Part shown: piece after piece, positions 50,113-59,698 of the stretch
Layout: every line of letters begins with the position of its first letter
Position numbering within the stretch: the first letter of the stretch is position 1
Source: Bdellovibrionales bacterium
GTDB lineage: Bacteria > Bdellovibrionota > Bdellovibrionia > Bdellovibrionales > CAYMLA01
Direction: 5' to 3'
Assembly: GCA_965217115.1 (NCBI GenBank)
Contig: OZ244239.1
Location: forward strand, 128,001 to 192,000
Length of the DNA: 64,000 nt
Translations under genes and position numbers: made by a program
Notes under the pieces: model-generated
What the model was told of the DNA's origin: nothing
Database searches by the model: none
What the model saw: only the letters and a program-made list of their open reading frames with translations

Positions 50113-51389
50113 AAAGACACCTTTGTATAATCATCATCTTTGTTCTTAATATTTTTTTAGTAGATGCTCTTGCCTACCCAGGTAGTCATCCTCAGAGAGT
50201 AAAAATTAAATTAGGGGATTGGAGCACTTCAGAACCCTTTATTGGCAATCAGATCTTTATAAAGACAACTGGTTCTGAGTGGAAAAAAATAAAGTCCCAC
50301 CATAGAATTACTTGTCAGAAGGGTCGTCATTCTAAAACCCAGTGGACTTTAAAGACTCCAAGCAATAAATCTACGGGCAGTTTAAGTGGCCCTCGTTTGT
50401 TCATAAAAGGTAGGAAGCTTAAAGCCAAAGGCTTGGTTCTGCCAGATGAGTTCTCTCTCTCATGTGCAGATAAAAAGATCGATGTCATTTTCTCCCTTCC
50501 TTTTAATGATTACGTTTTAGGGGTTTTATTATCAGAGCTCCCGTCATCTTGGCCTTTGGAATCCTTGAAGGCGCAGGCTGTGGCCATTCGCTCCTACACC
50601 CGTGCAGTGATCAGAGAGCGGCAACGGCAGAGTTTTCATCTTAGAGCCTCAGTGATGGACCAGGTTTATAAGGTCAATATACATAAAGAAGCGCCTCAAC
50701 ATGTGTATAAGAAATTTAAACAAGCGGTGGATGAAACACAGGATTTGTTCTTGGTAGAGAATAAGAGAGTCTTAAAATCTTTTTATCATTCAGATTGCGG
50801 GGGACAGACAACCTCATCTTATGAGGTCTGGGGAGAAAAACAGGACTCTGGAGGGGTCAAGGATATTCATTGCCCTCTAAATCCTGGTGCCCAATGGAAG
50901 ATCGCGCTGAGCAAGAGAGATGTACAATTGAAGTTACGAGAGCACTTTAACTTGGGCTCTTTGATCACTTTAGATTCTCTTCGAGTGATTCGCCGTGATC
51001 TAAGTGGCCGAGTTAAGACCTTTGGAGTTGAATTTGATTTCGGCATTTCCCGTCAGTTATCAGGTCAGAAGTTGCGCTCACTCATTGGATTCCAAGAAAT
51101 ACGCAGCACTCTGTTGGAAATCGAGCAGAGAGGTGCCAATTATCATTTTAAGGGTTCAGGCTTTGGTCATGGCGTAGGCTTATGTCAGTGGGGGAGTCGA
51201 AAATTAGCGGAACAGGGTTGGAGGTTTACAAAGATCTTGGACCATTATTACAGTGGAGCCAAACTCATGGGAAGGCGGGCCTTCATTCCTCTATTAAGTG
51301 GCGGCGGTACTAAGAAACCTACATTAAGAGAGCAACACGCGCACAATAAAGAAGCCAACAGCGCAAAAACACATAAAGTTAAGTACTGA
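50106..51389 (+). CDS. SpoIID/LytB-domain lytic transglycosylase
   Basis: YV.GV..SE.P.SW..E.LKAQAVA.RSY, DQVY, YHSDCGG, G.GHGVGLCQWG. Confidence 0.9.
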   Translation: MLKRHLCIIIIFVLNIFLVDALAYPGSHPQRVKIKLGDWSTSEPFIGNQIFIKTTGSEWKKIKSHHRITCQKGRHSKTQWTLKTPSNKSTGSLSGPRLFIKGRKLKAKGLVLPDEFSLSCADKKIDVIFSLPFNDYVLGVLLSELPSSWPLESLKAQAVAIRSYTRAVIRERQRQSFHLRASVMDQVYKVNIHKEAPQHVYKKFKQAVDETQDLFLVENKRVLKSFYHSDCGGQTTSSYEVWGEKQDSGGVKDIHCPLNPGAQWKIALSKRDVQLKLREHFNLGSLITLDSLRVIRRDLSGRVKTFGVEFDFGISRQLSGQKLRSLIGFQEIRSTLLEIEQRGANYHFKGSGFGHGVGLCQWGSRKLAEQGWRFTKILDHYYSGAKLMGRRAFIPLLSGGGTKKPTLREQHAHNKEANSAKTHKVKY

Positions 51390-51416
51390 AAATATCATAA
51401 ACCCAAACCCCTCCAT
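51324..51416 (-). CDS. Candidate small hydrophobic membrane peptide (30 aa, or 24 aa from the second Met)
   Basis: MEGFGFMIFSVLNFMCFCAVGFFIVRVLLS*; single TM helix; antisense to the tail of the SpoIID gene. Confidence 0.35.
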   Translation of the reverse strand: MEGFGFMIFSVLNFMCFCAVGFFIVRVLLS

Positions 51417-51563
51417 ATAAATCTCGTTCCATTCTATCCCACCATTCTATCGACCCATTCTATCAACAGTGCCTTCTGATTGTAAGGCAAAAGCACAGGA
51501 GGTCCAGAGATTGGGCCGTATTCATGACCATTGTCTTACTCCCCCCATCATTTCCCAAACAGC

Positions 51564-51639
51564 CATTTAGGAACTCATTTAGGAACTCATTTAGGAACTC
51601 ATTTAGGAACTCATTTAGGAACTCATTTAGGAACTCATT
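51564..51639. repeat. Perfect 12-bp tandem repeat (CATTTAGGAACT)x6 plus CATT
   Basis: Counted directly; ends about 45 bp upstream of tRNA-Val. Confidence 0.95.
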
Positions 51640-51683
51640 GACCTTTTGTGAAGGAGAACTTAGATTCTTCTTAAATCTTGCAT

Positions 51684-51759
51684 GATCCCTTGGCGCAGTT
51701 GGTAGCGCGTCACCTTGACATGGTGAAGGTCACTGGTTCGAATCCAGTAGGGATCACCA
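51684..51759 (+). tRNA. tRNA-Val (GAC)
   Basis: GATCCCTTGGCGCAGTTGGTAGCGCGTCACCTTGACATGGTGAAGGTCACTGGTTCGAATCCAGTAGGGATCACCA. Confidence 0.97.
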
Positions 51760-51784
51760 TTCATTCCTTGGCTCTTCTCCATTA

Positions 51785-52084
51785 AGTGGGGCAAGTTTTT
51801 TTCTGATGAGCCGTTTTCTTTCTAGAGTCTCTCCCAAAAGAATCCAGCCCTTTTCTTGCTCAAACATCCGTTTGTCACCTCCCATTGCAGAAAAATGCAA
51901 TGGAAGTCGCCAAGCCAAACTCGCCGAAAAGAACTGGATTCTTTTGGGAGAGACTCTAGAAAAAAATGCTATATTCAATCAATGGGTCAATGGATCTCTA
52001 GTGTAATATCAAAGGGAATTGTACAAAAGAGAGCCCTCAAGATGAGTCTCTTGGGAACAGTTCCACTACTTATCACAAAGAACC
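51785..52084 (-). mobile_element. MITE-like element, copy 3 (inverted, one TIR truncated)
   Basis: Ends ...TATCACAAAGAACC (reverse complement of the left TIR) at 52084; full hairpin present; outer ~20 bp of the other TIR and a matching TSD not found. Confidence 0.85.
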
Positions 52085-52252
52085 AGTTAAATGGGTAAAA
52101 ATTTGACGAAAATGGTCACTGTCAATTTATTAGACAGAGTATTTTGTTTAAGACTTAAGTTAATTGCCATATGAATTAGGCATCTATTTTGCTCTATAAA
52201 ATTACTGTATAGTCTAGATGACTTATAATTTTATAACAATAGGATCGTATTT

Positions 52253-52777
52253 ATGAAAAATCTAATAATTTTATTTGTGGGTTTATTACTAAATAATTTC
52301 TCCACTAGTTACGCACTTACTAAGACATACACCTTTAATGACGACAGTAACAGGCAGTTTAAATTCCAAGTAAGCGACACAGAAATAAAGATACCAGCGT
52401 ATAGCGTAAAGGCGGATGCTCATTCCCTTAACAATTATAAGATCGAAAAGGGAAAAACTGTTATTTGGTCTCAATATACTATGGAGGTAATACCACGTAC
52501 GGTGGGAACAAGAACAAGTGTTGATAGTCTAACGAATTGTCTAACCGTACATTCCAAAGGTGTCCTATTCATTCCTAGTCGTCATACGGTCGGTACAGAA
52601 AGAGCTATTGAATTTTGTGATGATAAAATAAAACTGCATTATGAAGATTACACATTAAATAGAGACACCGGAGAAAACCTAACGGGAACACGTTATATAG
52701 CTCCTGTAAAAATCGTAAAAGTGCCTGATTTGGAAAGAGGTTCACTTGAGTATATCTTAGGGTTTTTAGGTATTTAA
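52253..52777 (+). CDS. Hypothetical secreted protein
   Basis: Signal peptide MKNLIILFVGLLL...SYA; beta-rich; no recognised domain. Confidence 0.7.
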   Translation: MKNLIILFVGLLLNNFSTSYALTKTYTFNDDSNRQFKFQVSDTEIKIPAYSVKADAHSLNNYKIEKGKTVIWSQYTMEVIPRTVGTRTSVDSLTNCLTVHSKGVLFIPSRHTVGTERAIEFCDDKIKLHYEDYTLNRDTGENLTGTRYIAPVKIVKVPDLERGSLEYILGFLGI

Positions 52778-52920
52778 ATATCAGCCTGCGTATATGAGGT
52801 CTTTTATGGACCCATAACGCCCCCTGTTTTCCACTGAATTAGATATTTCTGAGCCATTATCAATGGTTCAACGGGCTTAGAACTACGGGCGCCATTCGCC
52901 TTTAGGTTCTAGGTTTTTTT

Positions 52921-53604
52921 TTAACAGTGTTTGTCCATGCGATTTTGTAGGTCTGTAACAACCTCTTTGCGAAAACCTGAAGGATTTCCGCTCGCCTTGT
53001 CTCCCTTGTATTCAGCGATATCTAATTCTTCAAAAGAGATCTTAATTTTCTTAAAAATACGGGGGATTCTCTGCCCTGGGCTTTGAACGTGGTGAAGTCC
53101 TCCACTGTACCCGATAAGCATTTTTCCGTTATCTAGTCTGGACAATATCTCAGCGACGCCCCCTTTTATGTTCATGAGTTTGCCGTGTTTATCTAAACCA
53201 TCAGCCCTCTTCATGCGACCTTCTGGGAAAATCACTGCAATAGAATTTCCTTGTATCTGATTAATGAACCGTTCCCATGTGTCATCTCGTTTTCGGGTTA
53301 TAGGAATACAGTTTGGAAATAAGTATTTATATAACTTTCCCACCAGAGGACGGTTCATCGTTACATCAGCCACGGGAATAACTATCCGCTCAATAGCTCT
53401 CCACAATCTGATATTAGGCACTGCTGAAATAAAAAGAGGCTCAAAGAGGCTTGTATGATTTAAAATCACCACTAAGCGAAGTTCTTCCCAATGAATATCC
53501 TCTTTGGGCGTGAGCCATTTTGCCTCGGTGTAGTATAAAAGGCGACTCACAATTTTGATCATAAAAACAAAAAAAGCACTTAATAATTTTATAGCTGGAT
53601 TCAT
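52921..53604 (-). CDS. PlsC-like lysophospholipid acyltransferase
   Basis: NHTSLFEP (HX4E variant of HX4D), I.R, IFPEGR. Confidence 0.8.
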   Translation of the reverse strand: MNPAIKLLSAFFVFMIKIVSRLLYYTEAKWLTPKEDIHWEELRLVVILNHTSLFEPLFISAVPNIRLWRAIERIVIPVADVTMNRPLVGKLYKYLFPNCIPITRKRDDTWERFINQIQGNSIAVIFPEGRMKRADGLDKHGKLMNIKGGVAEILSRLDNGKMLIGYSGGLHHVQSPGQRIPRIFKKIKISFEELDIAEYKGDKASGNPSGFRKEVVTDLQNRMDKHC

Positions 53605-53781
53605 GATGACAATGTATTCTAAATTTGGATATTTTTCTATCTGGAAGAGGGCTTTTTCTTGAGATACTGTAATAACTTAAGAAACTCTTGTAAAAATTTC
53701 AGTGACCCCTAAATATACAGAAATAAAAATGGACTTAGTGTGCTATTATACACTCTTATTATCTTTTATGGAGGAAGTCCC

Positions 53782-54228
53782 ATGGGTCTCACATCACACT
53801 CTCGATTCAAGCATGATATTGTTCAAGTCTTTCAAGATGGTGATTGCATCTTTAAGGAAGGTGATAATGGGAAAGACCTCTTTATCATTCAAAGGGGAGC
53901 TGTTAAAGCCTTTAAAAAAATAAACAATGAACAAGTTGAAATAGCTGCATTCGAGCGGGGTGATTTTTTCGGTGATATTGGTTTACTCCAAGATATTCCT
54001 CGATATGCCTCTGCCTACGCTAAAGGAGAGGTGCAGCTGCTCATTCTTGGCCCAGCGGGATTTCTATTAAAAATTCGTCGGGATCCCACCTTTGCCTTTG
54101 AAATGCTCCAACAATTAACCCATAGAGTGAAGGTCTCTAACGATCGCCTCTTAGAGTTAGTTAATAAATTTGATTTGCCAAAAGATGATTTGCAAAAAAT
54201 CCTTTTTAATTTAGACGGTAAACCGTGA
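53782..54228 (+). CDS. Stand-alone cyclic-nucleotide-binding domain protein
   Basis: IFKEGD.G..LFII..G.V, GDFFGDIGLL...PRYASA; no HTH; GGAGG RBS at 53770-53774 before ATG 53782. Confidence 0.88.
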   Translation: MGLTSHSRFKHDIVQVFQDGDCIFKEGDNGKDLFIIQRGAVKAFKKINNEQVEIAAFERGDFFGDIGLLQDIPRYASAYAKGEVQLLILGPAGFLLKIRRDPTFAFEMLQQLTHRVKVSNDRLLELVNKFDLPKDDLQKILFNLDGKP

Positions 54229-54950
54229 TTACAAATATCTACTCTGAGAAAATGGTTATTATTTCAGATATGCATGTGGGAAATCCATTTTCAACTGCAC
54301 ATAATAGGGTCATCTCTTTTATCAAGTGGGCCTCAGAAAATGATTACGATATTTGCATAAACGGAGATGGTCTTGAAATTGCTCAAGCCAGTTTCTTAAA
54401 GATAGCTGTTGAAGTTCCAAAAATCCTCCTTGCAATCAGTGAAGTTATTAAGTCAGGTAACAAAATTTATTATATTATTGGTAATCATGATATTGTCTTA
54501 GAACACTTTCTCGAAAACTGGGGAGCCATAAAAGTATCTCCTTTTCTAAATGTGACATCTGGTGATAAGAGAATACGTGTTGAGCATGGCCATATTTATG
54601 ATCCTTTCTTCATTAAGCATCCAATGCTTTACGAAGTGAGCACCCAAATAGGGGGAGTGTTTCTGAGATGCTGGCCCCGTTTTTATCGTTTTTGGATTTT
54701 ATTTGAGAGACTCAAATCACGTATCCGCAGTCGAAAGACTGGCATTATTGGAGAGCATCCAAGTTTTGCTGAAGCTGCCGAAGAGATCAGCATGAGGGGG
54801 TTTGATTCCGTGATTTTTGGACACACTCATCATCCAGGTGAGAGGAAACTAAAATCAGGTGCCATGTATTACAACACTGGCTCTTGGATGAGACAGAGCC
54901 AGTATATCACCATTGAGAGTGGCCATCTAAATCTATCCGAATTTACTTAA
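54225..54950 (+). CDS. Calcineurin-like metallophosphoesterase (LpxH/YbbF-like)
   Basis: ISDMH, NGD, GNHD, EHGH, FGHTH, NTGSW; GTGA overlap with the upstream gene. Confidence 0.85.
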   Translation: MITNIYSEKMVIISDMHVGNPFSTAHNRVISFIKWASENDYDICINGDGLEIAQASFLKIAVEVPKILLAISEVIKSGNKIYYIIGNHDIVLEHFLENWGAIKVSPFLNVTSGDKRIRVEHGHIYDPFFIKHPMLYEVSTQIGGVFLRCWPRFYRFWILFERLKSRIRSRKTGIIGEHPSFAEAAEEISMRGFDSVIFGHTHHPGERKLKSGAMYYNTGSWMRQSQYITIESGHLNLSEFT

Positions 54951-54954
54951 ATAG

Positions 54955-56613
54955 CTATTCCTCTTTTAAGGCTCGCCGTAAAACCTTACCCACATTTGTC
55001 TTTGGTAAATCATCGCGAAATTCAATGTGTTTTGGAACCTTGTAGCCCGTAAAGTTCTCGCGACAAAAAGCCTTTAACTCATCTTTAGTTAAAGAGGCAT
55101 CTTTTTTAACAACAAAGATTTTAACGGCTTCTCCTGACTTCTCATCAGACACACCAATCGCCGCAACTTCTAGAACCTTTTCATGATTTGCAACAACATC
55201 CTCAATTTCATTGGGAAAGACGTTAAAACCTGAAACCAAGATCATATCTTTCTTGCGATCGACAATACGGGTGAAACCGTCTTCCTCAACAATGGCAATA
55301 TCTCCGGTATATAACCATCCATCTATGATTGTTTTGGCTGTTTCATCATCCCTCTGCCAGTAACCTCTCATCACTTGAGGGCCTTTCACGCACAGTTCCC
55401 CACGCTCACCAAAACCGAGCTCATTGCCATCGTCATCGATAATCTTAACATCTGTACTAGGAAGCGCATATCCGATATAACTGTCCCTTTGACCACCACC
55501 AACAGGGTTACAGTGGGTGACAGGGGAGGCTTCTGTCAGCCCAAACCCTTGGGTGGCAGGTGTTCCAGTCACTTCATTCCACTGTTTTGCGACGGAGCTT
55601 TGCAGGGCCATGCCACCAGCCACAGTCAACTTCAAGCTTTTCTTTAAGTCTAGTTTTGCAAAATCTGGATGCTTAAGTAATGCATTAAATAAAGTGTTCA
55701 CTCCCGTCATAACTGTAAAAGGGTATTTACCCATGTCTTTAATGAAAGATTTAAAATCCCTGGGGTTAGTTATTAAAATATTACGGGCACCAAAGGAGAA
55801 AAAGCTAAAGCAATTCACCGTTAAGGAGAATATATGGTACAGGGGCAGGGGAGTGATAATAGTGTCTTCTCCCTCATCTAAAGATCCCCGCATCCAAGAC
55901 GAGATCTGTTCAATATTTGAGAGCATGTTTTCATGGGTGAGCACAGCCCCCTTGGAGACACCTGTTGTTCCCCCCGTGTATTGTAAAAACGCAATATCAT
56001 CCAAGTTTGTTTCCACGGGGACAAAACTCTTACCAGCACCAACGACGAGGGTTTTCCAAAACGGGATGCTATCCTTAATATCAAAGGCGGGAACCATTTT
56101 TTTGACGTACTTCACAACAGAATTGATGAGTAATCTCTTCGGCAGAGGCAACATATCAGCAACTTCAGTGACAATCACTTTCTCTACGGGTGTCTTATCC
56201 AGAACTCCCTGTAAGACACGGGCGCAACCAGCGTAAACAAGTATCGCTTTAGCCCCTGAATCTTTGAGCTGATGTTCCAGCTCACGGGCTGTGTAAAGGG
56301 GGTTCACATTGACAATAATAAGACCGGCCTTTAAGGCAGCAAATAAGGCAATGGGATATTGTAATACGTTTGGCATTTGAATAGCAAAACGATCTCCTTT
56401 CTTGAGATTCAGATGATTCTGAAGATAGGATGCAAAGTCATTAGAGAGTTGATCAATTTCAGAATAGGTGAGGTCACAACCAAAATTAGTATAAGCCAAC
56501 TGGTCTGAAAAATTCACGGCACTTTTTTGTATTAACTCGCTTAAGGAGTTATATTTTAAAGAGATCCCATGGGGAATTCCTTCGGGGTAATTCTTAAGCC
56601 AAACCTTGTCCAT
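54955..56613 (-). CDS. fadD: Long-chain-fatty-acid--CoA ligase
   Basis: QYTGGTTGVSKG, GFGLTEASP, GWLYTGD, DRKKDMILVSGFNV, LPKTNVGK. Confidence 0.95.
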   Translation of the reverse strand: MDKVWLKNYPEGIPHGISLKYNSLSELIQKSAVNFSDQLAYTNFGCDLTYSEIDQLSNDFASYLQNHLNLKKGDRFAIQMPNVLQYPIALFAALKAGLIIVNVNPLYTARELEHQLKDSGAKAILVYAGCARVLQGVLDKTPVEKVIVTEVADMLPLPKRLLINSVVKYVKKMVPAFDIKDSIPFWKTLVVGAGKSFVPVETNLDDIAFLQYTGGTTGVSKGAVLTHENMLSNIEQISSWMRGSLDEGEDTIITPLPLYHIFSLTVNCFSFFSFGARNILITNPRDFKSFIKDMGKYPFTVMTGVNTLFNALLKHPDFAKLDLKKSLKLTVAGGMALQSSVAKQWNEVTGTPATQGFGLTEASPVTHCNPVGGGQRDSYIGYALPSTDVKIIDDDGNELGFGERGELCVKGPQVMRGYWQRDDETAKTIIDGWLYTGDIAIVEEDGFTRIVDRKKDMILVSGFNVFPNEIEDVVANHEKVLEVAAIGVSDEKSGEAVKIFVVKKDASLTKDELKAFCRENFTGYKVPKHIEFRDDLPKTNVGKVLRRALKEE

Positions 56614-56816
56614 TTTCTTCCTTCTTTCTTTCTAGATTAAAAGATATTTAGGTTAAAAGATATTTTCGATAATTATAGGGAGTTTTTCTACAGATAGTAG
56701 GTTTTTTTTGCAGGGCTACAAAAGAGCTGGTTCCCACCATCTCTTAATGTAACATAATATTACTTATCAGATATTAATCCCTTTAAATGATTTCCTATCC
56801 CCGGCAGCCTTCCCAT

Positions 56817-56844
56817 AAAAAAAGCCTCCCTTAACCAGGAGGCT
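56817..56844 (-). terminator. Intrinsic terminator of the 56891-58069 gene
   Basis: Minus strand AGCCTCC-TGGTTAAG-GGAGGCT followed by a T-tract. Confidence 0.8.
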
Positions 56845-56890
56845 CTTAACACATTTAACACATGGGTCTGTCTCCCATCTCTGCCAAAGT

Positions 56891-58069
56891 TTAAAGGCCC
56901 TTTTCCTTCAGTAAAAAATCTCCCAAGTCTCTGCCTTTCTTCTTCGTTCCAACGTCTTTCTGAGTGAGATTATCGGCAATGTCACTAGCTAGCTCTGATT
57001 CACTCCGTTTAGCAAAGGTATTGAAGATATTCATAGCATACCTGCCAATCGCACCTATAGACATTACGGCACTGACAGGGTTCCATTTAAAGCCCTTGGT
57101 TTCAACAATTTTTCCCGATGCCCCAAAAACCTTGGCCACCGTAAAAAAGGCATAGTCAGGCATCATATCAGAGAGCTTCATGCCCCTACTATTACCGCCA
57201 GTGACGCTGTCCATATCGTACAAGACACCCAATTTATAATTATTAGGACCTTTGATTAGTTTTGGAATCCTTCCAAATAAGCCGCTCAGTCCAGGAGCTA
57301 GCTTTTGGACAGCAGTCTTAATATAAGTAAGATTGCTTATGGAAACACTTGTGGCAAGACCTGTAAAATCATCAGGCTTCACCATCTTATCCTTTAGATC
57401 CCAAATCAATCCCACTCCTAAACGTGATGTTCGACCAGGGCTGGCCATCTGAACTTCAAAATTAGCTGCATCACCATGGGGCCAGAAAATAACATTCCAA
57501 AGAGCGTCCCGTTTTTCTTCAAGAACTTCCCCTGTTCTAACACTGATTGTTTGCGCAATGACAGGTGTCATAATAATTCCGAAGCTAACCGAGCCTAGGC
57601 TTAAATATCTAAGCTTAGGGGCTGCTTCTTTACCCTTGTTCTTGCCCATTAATTTTGTTGCAAAGAAAATCATATAGGACTTCGGCAGCAGATCATTCAT
57701 CGATATTTCTCCACCAATCTGATCTCTTCTCTTTTTATATTCCGAATTGACTCCTTTAATTAAAGACTCCAGCGTCTCGTAAATCCTGTTACGCTTCGCA
57801 ATGAAATTATCCTCATTTTTATCGTTGAACATCTTATCAGTCACTTGACCACTCTGTCTTAACTTATTAAGCTCCCTCAGTAATAGAGCTGTGCCTTTCT
57901 GGGCCATTTGTTGGGCAATCTCCTCAGAGCTGGTTATCTCTGTCCTAGGCTGATAAGATATAATAGTCTTTTCATCATCCCCCATTTGAAGAAGATTAGC
58001 ACCACTCACCATTGGCAGTGAAAGAACAAAAATAACAGCACTTAATCGTAAACCTCTATTGAAACACAT
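56891..58069 (-). CDS. Hypothetical secreted protein
   Basis: Signal peptide, AGGAG RBS, downstream terminator; no recognised domain. Confidence 0.7.
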   Translation of the reverse strand: MCFNRGLRLSAVIFVLSLPMVSGANLLQMGDDEKTIISYQPRTEITSSEEIAQQMAQKGTALLLRELNKLRQSGQVTDKMFNDKNEDNFIAKRNRIYETLESLIKGVNSEYKKRRDQIGGEISMNDLLPKSYMIFFATKLMGKNKGKEAAPKLRYLSLGSVSFGIIMTPVIAQTISVRTGEVLEEKRDALWNVIFWPHGDAANFEVQMASPGRTSRLGVGLIWDLKDKMVKPDDFTGLATSVSISNLTYIKTAVQKLAPGLSGLFGRIPKLIKGPNNYKLGVLYDMDSVTGGNSRGMKLSDMMPDYAFFTVAKVFGASGKIVETKGFKWNPVSAVMSIGAIGRYAMNIFNTFAKRSESELASDIADNLTQKDVGTKKKGRDLGDFLLKEKGL

Positions 58070-58225
58070 TAGAAACTCCTTAAAAGTTAAAATTAATTCT
58101 TAATTCGTGGGAGAAGAGTTAGCACTTTTTCTACGACAGAGGTACTTCTCAATTTCTCTTTATAAATTTTATAATCCCAAGGCCTCAGGCTAGATGTTTC
58201 CGCTGTCTTAGTGTATAATCTCTGA

Positions 58226-59026
58226 ATGGAAAATCCTAAACGAAAGATGTTTCTATGTATTTTTTTCATTATCACCTTTGCTGGAAATCTCAGTGCAGAT
58301 ATCCCTTGCTCTCCAAGTGAGGAATCTAAGGGAGATTTGATTAAAAAAGTGGCGTACTATACTGATAATGATCGGGTGGTCATTCGTTTCCTACAGAGAG
58401 AGAGCTTCTTTAATTTTGAAATGTGTCTGGGTTCAGATGGCTCTGATTTCCAAGTTGAGAATTTTGACCAGTTTTCGGTCCATGAGTGCAAGCTTCTAAG
58501 CCCTAAATGGGTTTCACTCTCATTTATTGATACCCTTGAATTCAAAGCTCTCTTTCTAAAGAGCTTAGAAGAAAAAGTCGAGGGGGCCAAAGAAATGGCG
58601 AAGATAGTCAATAAAGCCATCTCCTACGCACGTGTATTAGATTCCTTAGCTTTAATGCCGCTTATTTTAACGGAGTCTGCCCTCGTCTATTTGTCTTACA
58701 AGGTTCCTAATATGTTTCCTAGTCGCCTTTCAAAAAAAATCATCCGCCACGCAGCCTGGCTCATTCTCATTTATGTGGTGTACGATATTTATCAGGGCAG
58801 TCAAATTAAAGAAGAGGTGGTGACGGCCCCAGACCATCGAGCTATTTCACTTGAGAGGTTCATTCAAGAACAGAATAAAACAACAAAGGCCCTCAGTCCT
58901 CAGATGCTCAGCACTGAAGCCAACAAGTTGATTTATCTTCTTGAAGAGTCCCTCACAGAAACTCTTGCTCAGTTAGAGAGTGCTGCATCACAGAGATGTG
59001 GTGCCCTTGCTGCTACATCCAATTAA
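58226..59026 (+). CDS. Hypothetical exported protein with hydrophobic helical hairpin
   Basis: Signal peptide; two hydrophobic helices in the C-terminal half. Confidence 0.65.
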   Translation: MENPKRKMFLCIFFIITFAGNLSADIPCSPSEESKGDLIKKVAYYTDNDRVVIRFLQRESFFNFEMCLGSDGSDFQVENFDQFSVHECKLLSPKWVSLSFIDTLEFKALFLKSLEEKVEGAKEMAKIVNKAISYARVLDSLALMPLILTESALVYLSYKVPNMFPSRLSKKIIRHAAWLILIYVVYDIYQGSQIKEEVVTAPDHRAISLERFIQEQNKTTKALSPQMLSTEANKLIYLLEESLTETLAQLESAASQRCGALAATSN

Positions 59027-59084
59027 TGGTAACACTTAAAAAAAACCATGTGAAATGGAACTAACTCATTTTTAGGAGCTCGTT

Positions 59085-59684
59085 ATGGTGAATATTCAGT
59101 GGACCAAGATAGATGACGATAGAATGAAATTCTCTTTGGAGCAGCAAATTAGCTCCAGGGAAGTTCACTACTCCTCAGCACAGAAGGCCAACGTCTCCCC
59201 TATTGCAACGAAAATATTTGGTTTCCCTTGGACCGAATCAATAACCGTGGGAAGTCAATTCGTTACAATCCAAAAACAAAACTGGGTGGAGTGGGATACC
59301 TTAGCCGAACCACTGGCCCAATTAATAAAAGAACACATTCTGACTTATGTTGAATCTTCAAAGAATGGAGAAATTGAGGAAAACCCCGAATTAACTATAA
59401 ATAAAGAGGCGGTTCAATTAAAATCCCCTGAGGCTCAAAAAATTCAACGGCTTATTGAGGAGAGGATTAACCCTGCTGTGGCCGATCACGGAGGTTTTGT
59501 GTCTCTGGTGGATTATAAGGACGAGAATGTGTATGTTAAGCTTGGAGGAGGCTGCCAAGGTTGCTCAATGTCCCAGGCAACTCTAAAAGAAGGCATCGCA
59601 ACTTCTATTATGGAGGCATTTCCTCAAGTCAAAGAAGTGATTGATGTCACTGACCACAGCCAAGGGGAAACACCTTTTTACTGA
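59085..59684 (+). CDS. Nfu/NifU-family Fe-S carrier
   Basis: N-terminal Nfu scaffold-like domain; INPAVADHGG, LGGGCQGC, DVTDH..G..PFY. Confidence 0.9.
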   Translation: MVNIQWTKIDDDRMKFSLEQQISSREVHYSSAQKANVSPIATKIFGFPWTESITVGSQFVTIQKQNWVEWDTLAEPLAQLIKEHILTYVESSKNGEIEENPELTINKEAVQLKSPEAQKIQRLIEERINPAVADHGGFVSLVDYKDENVYVKLGGGCQGCSMSQATLKEGIATSIMEAFPQVKEVIDVTDHSQGETPFY

Positions 59685-59698
59685 TTTGTATTTCCTTT

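Noticed and set aside
51564..51639. Possible CRISPR array (also 33318-33412)
   Set aside because: Units are 12-15 bp and directly adjacent with no spacers; no cas genes in the window.
51663..51670. GATTCTTC as the missing MITE end, which would place tRNA-Val inside the element
   Set aside because: Only 7 bp match the TIR, and the flank does not repeat AGTTAAAT.
51684..54950. Genomic island integrated at tRNA-Val
   Set aside because: No integrase, and I found no duplicated tRNA 3' end downstream.
55517..56236. 239-aa plus-strand ORF (and the 187-aa ORF at 29890-30453)
   Set aside because: Antisense or alternate-frame shadows of the well-conserved fadD and MFS genes.
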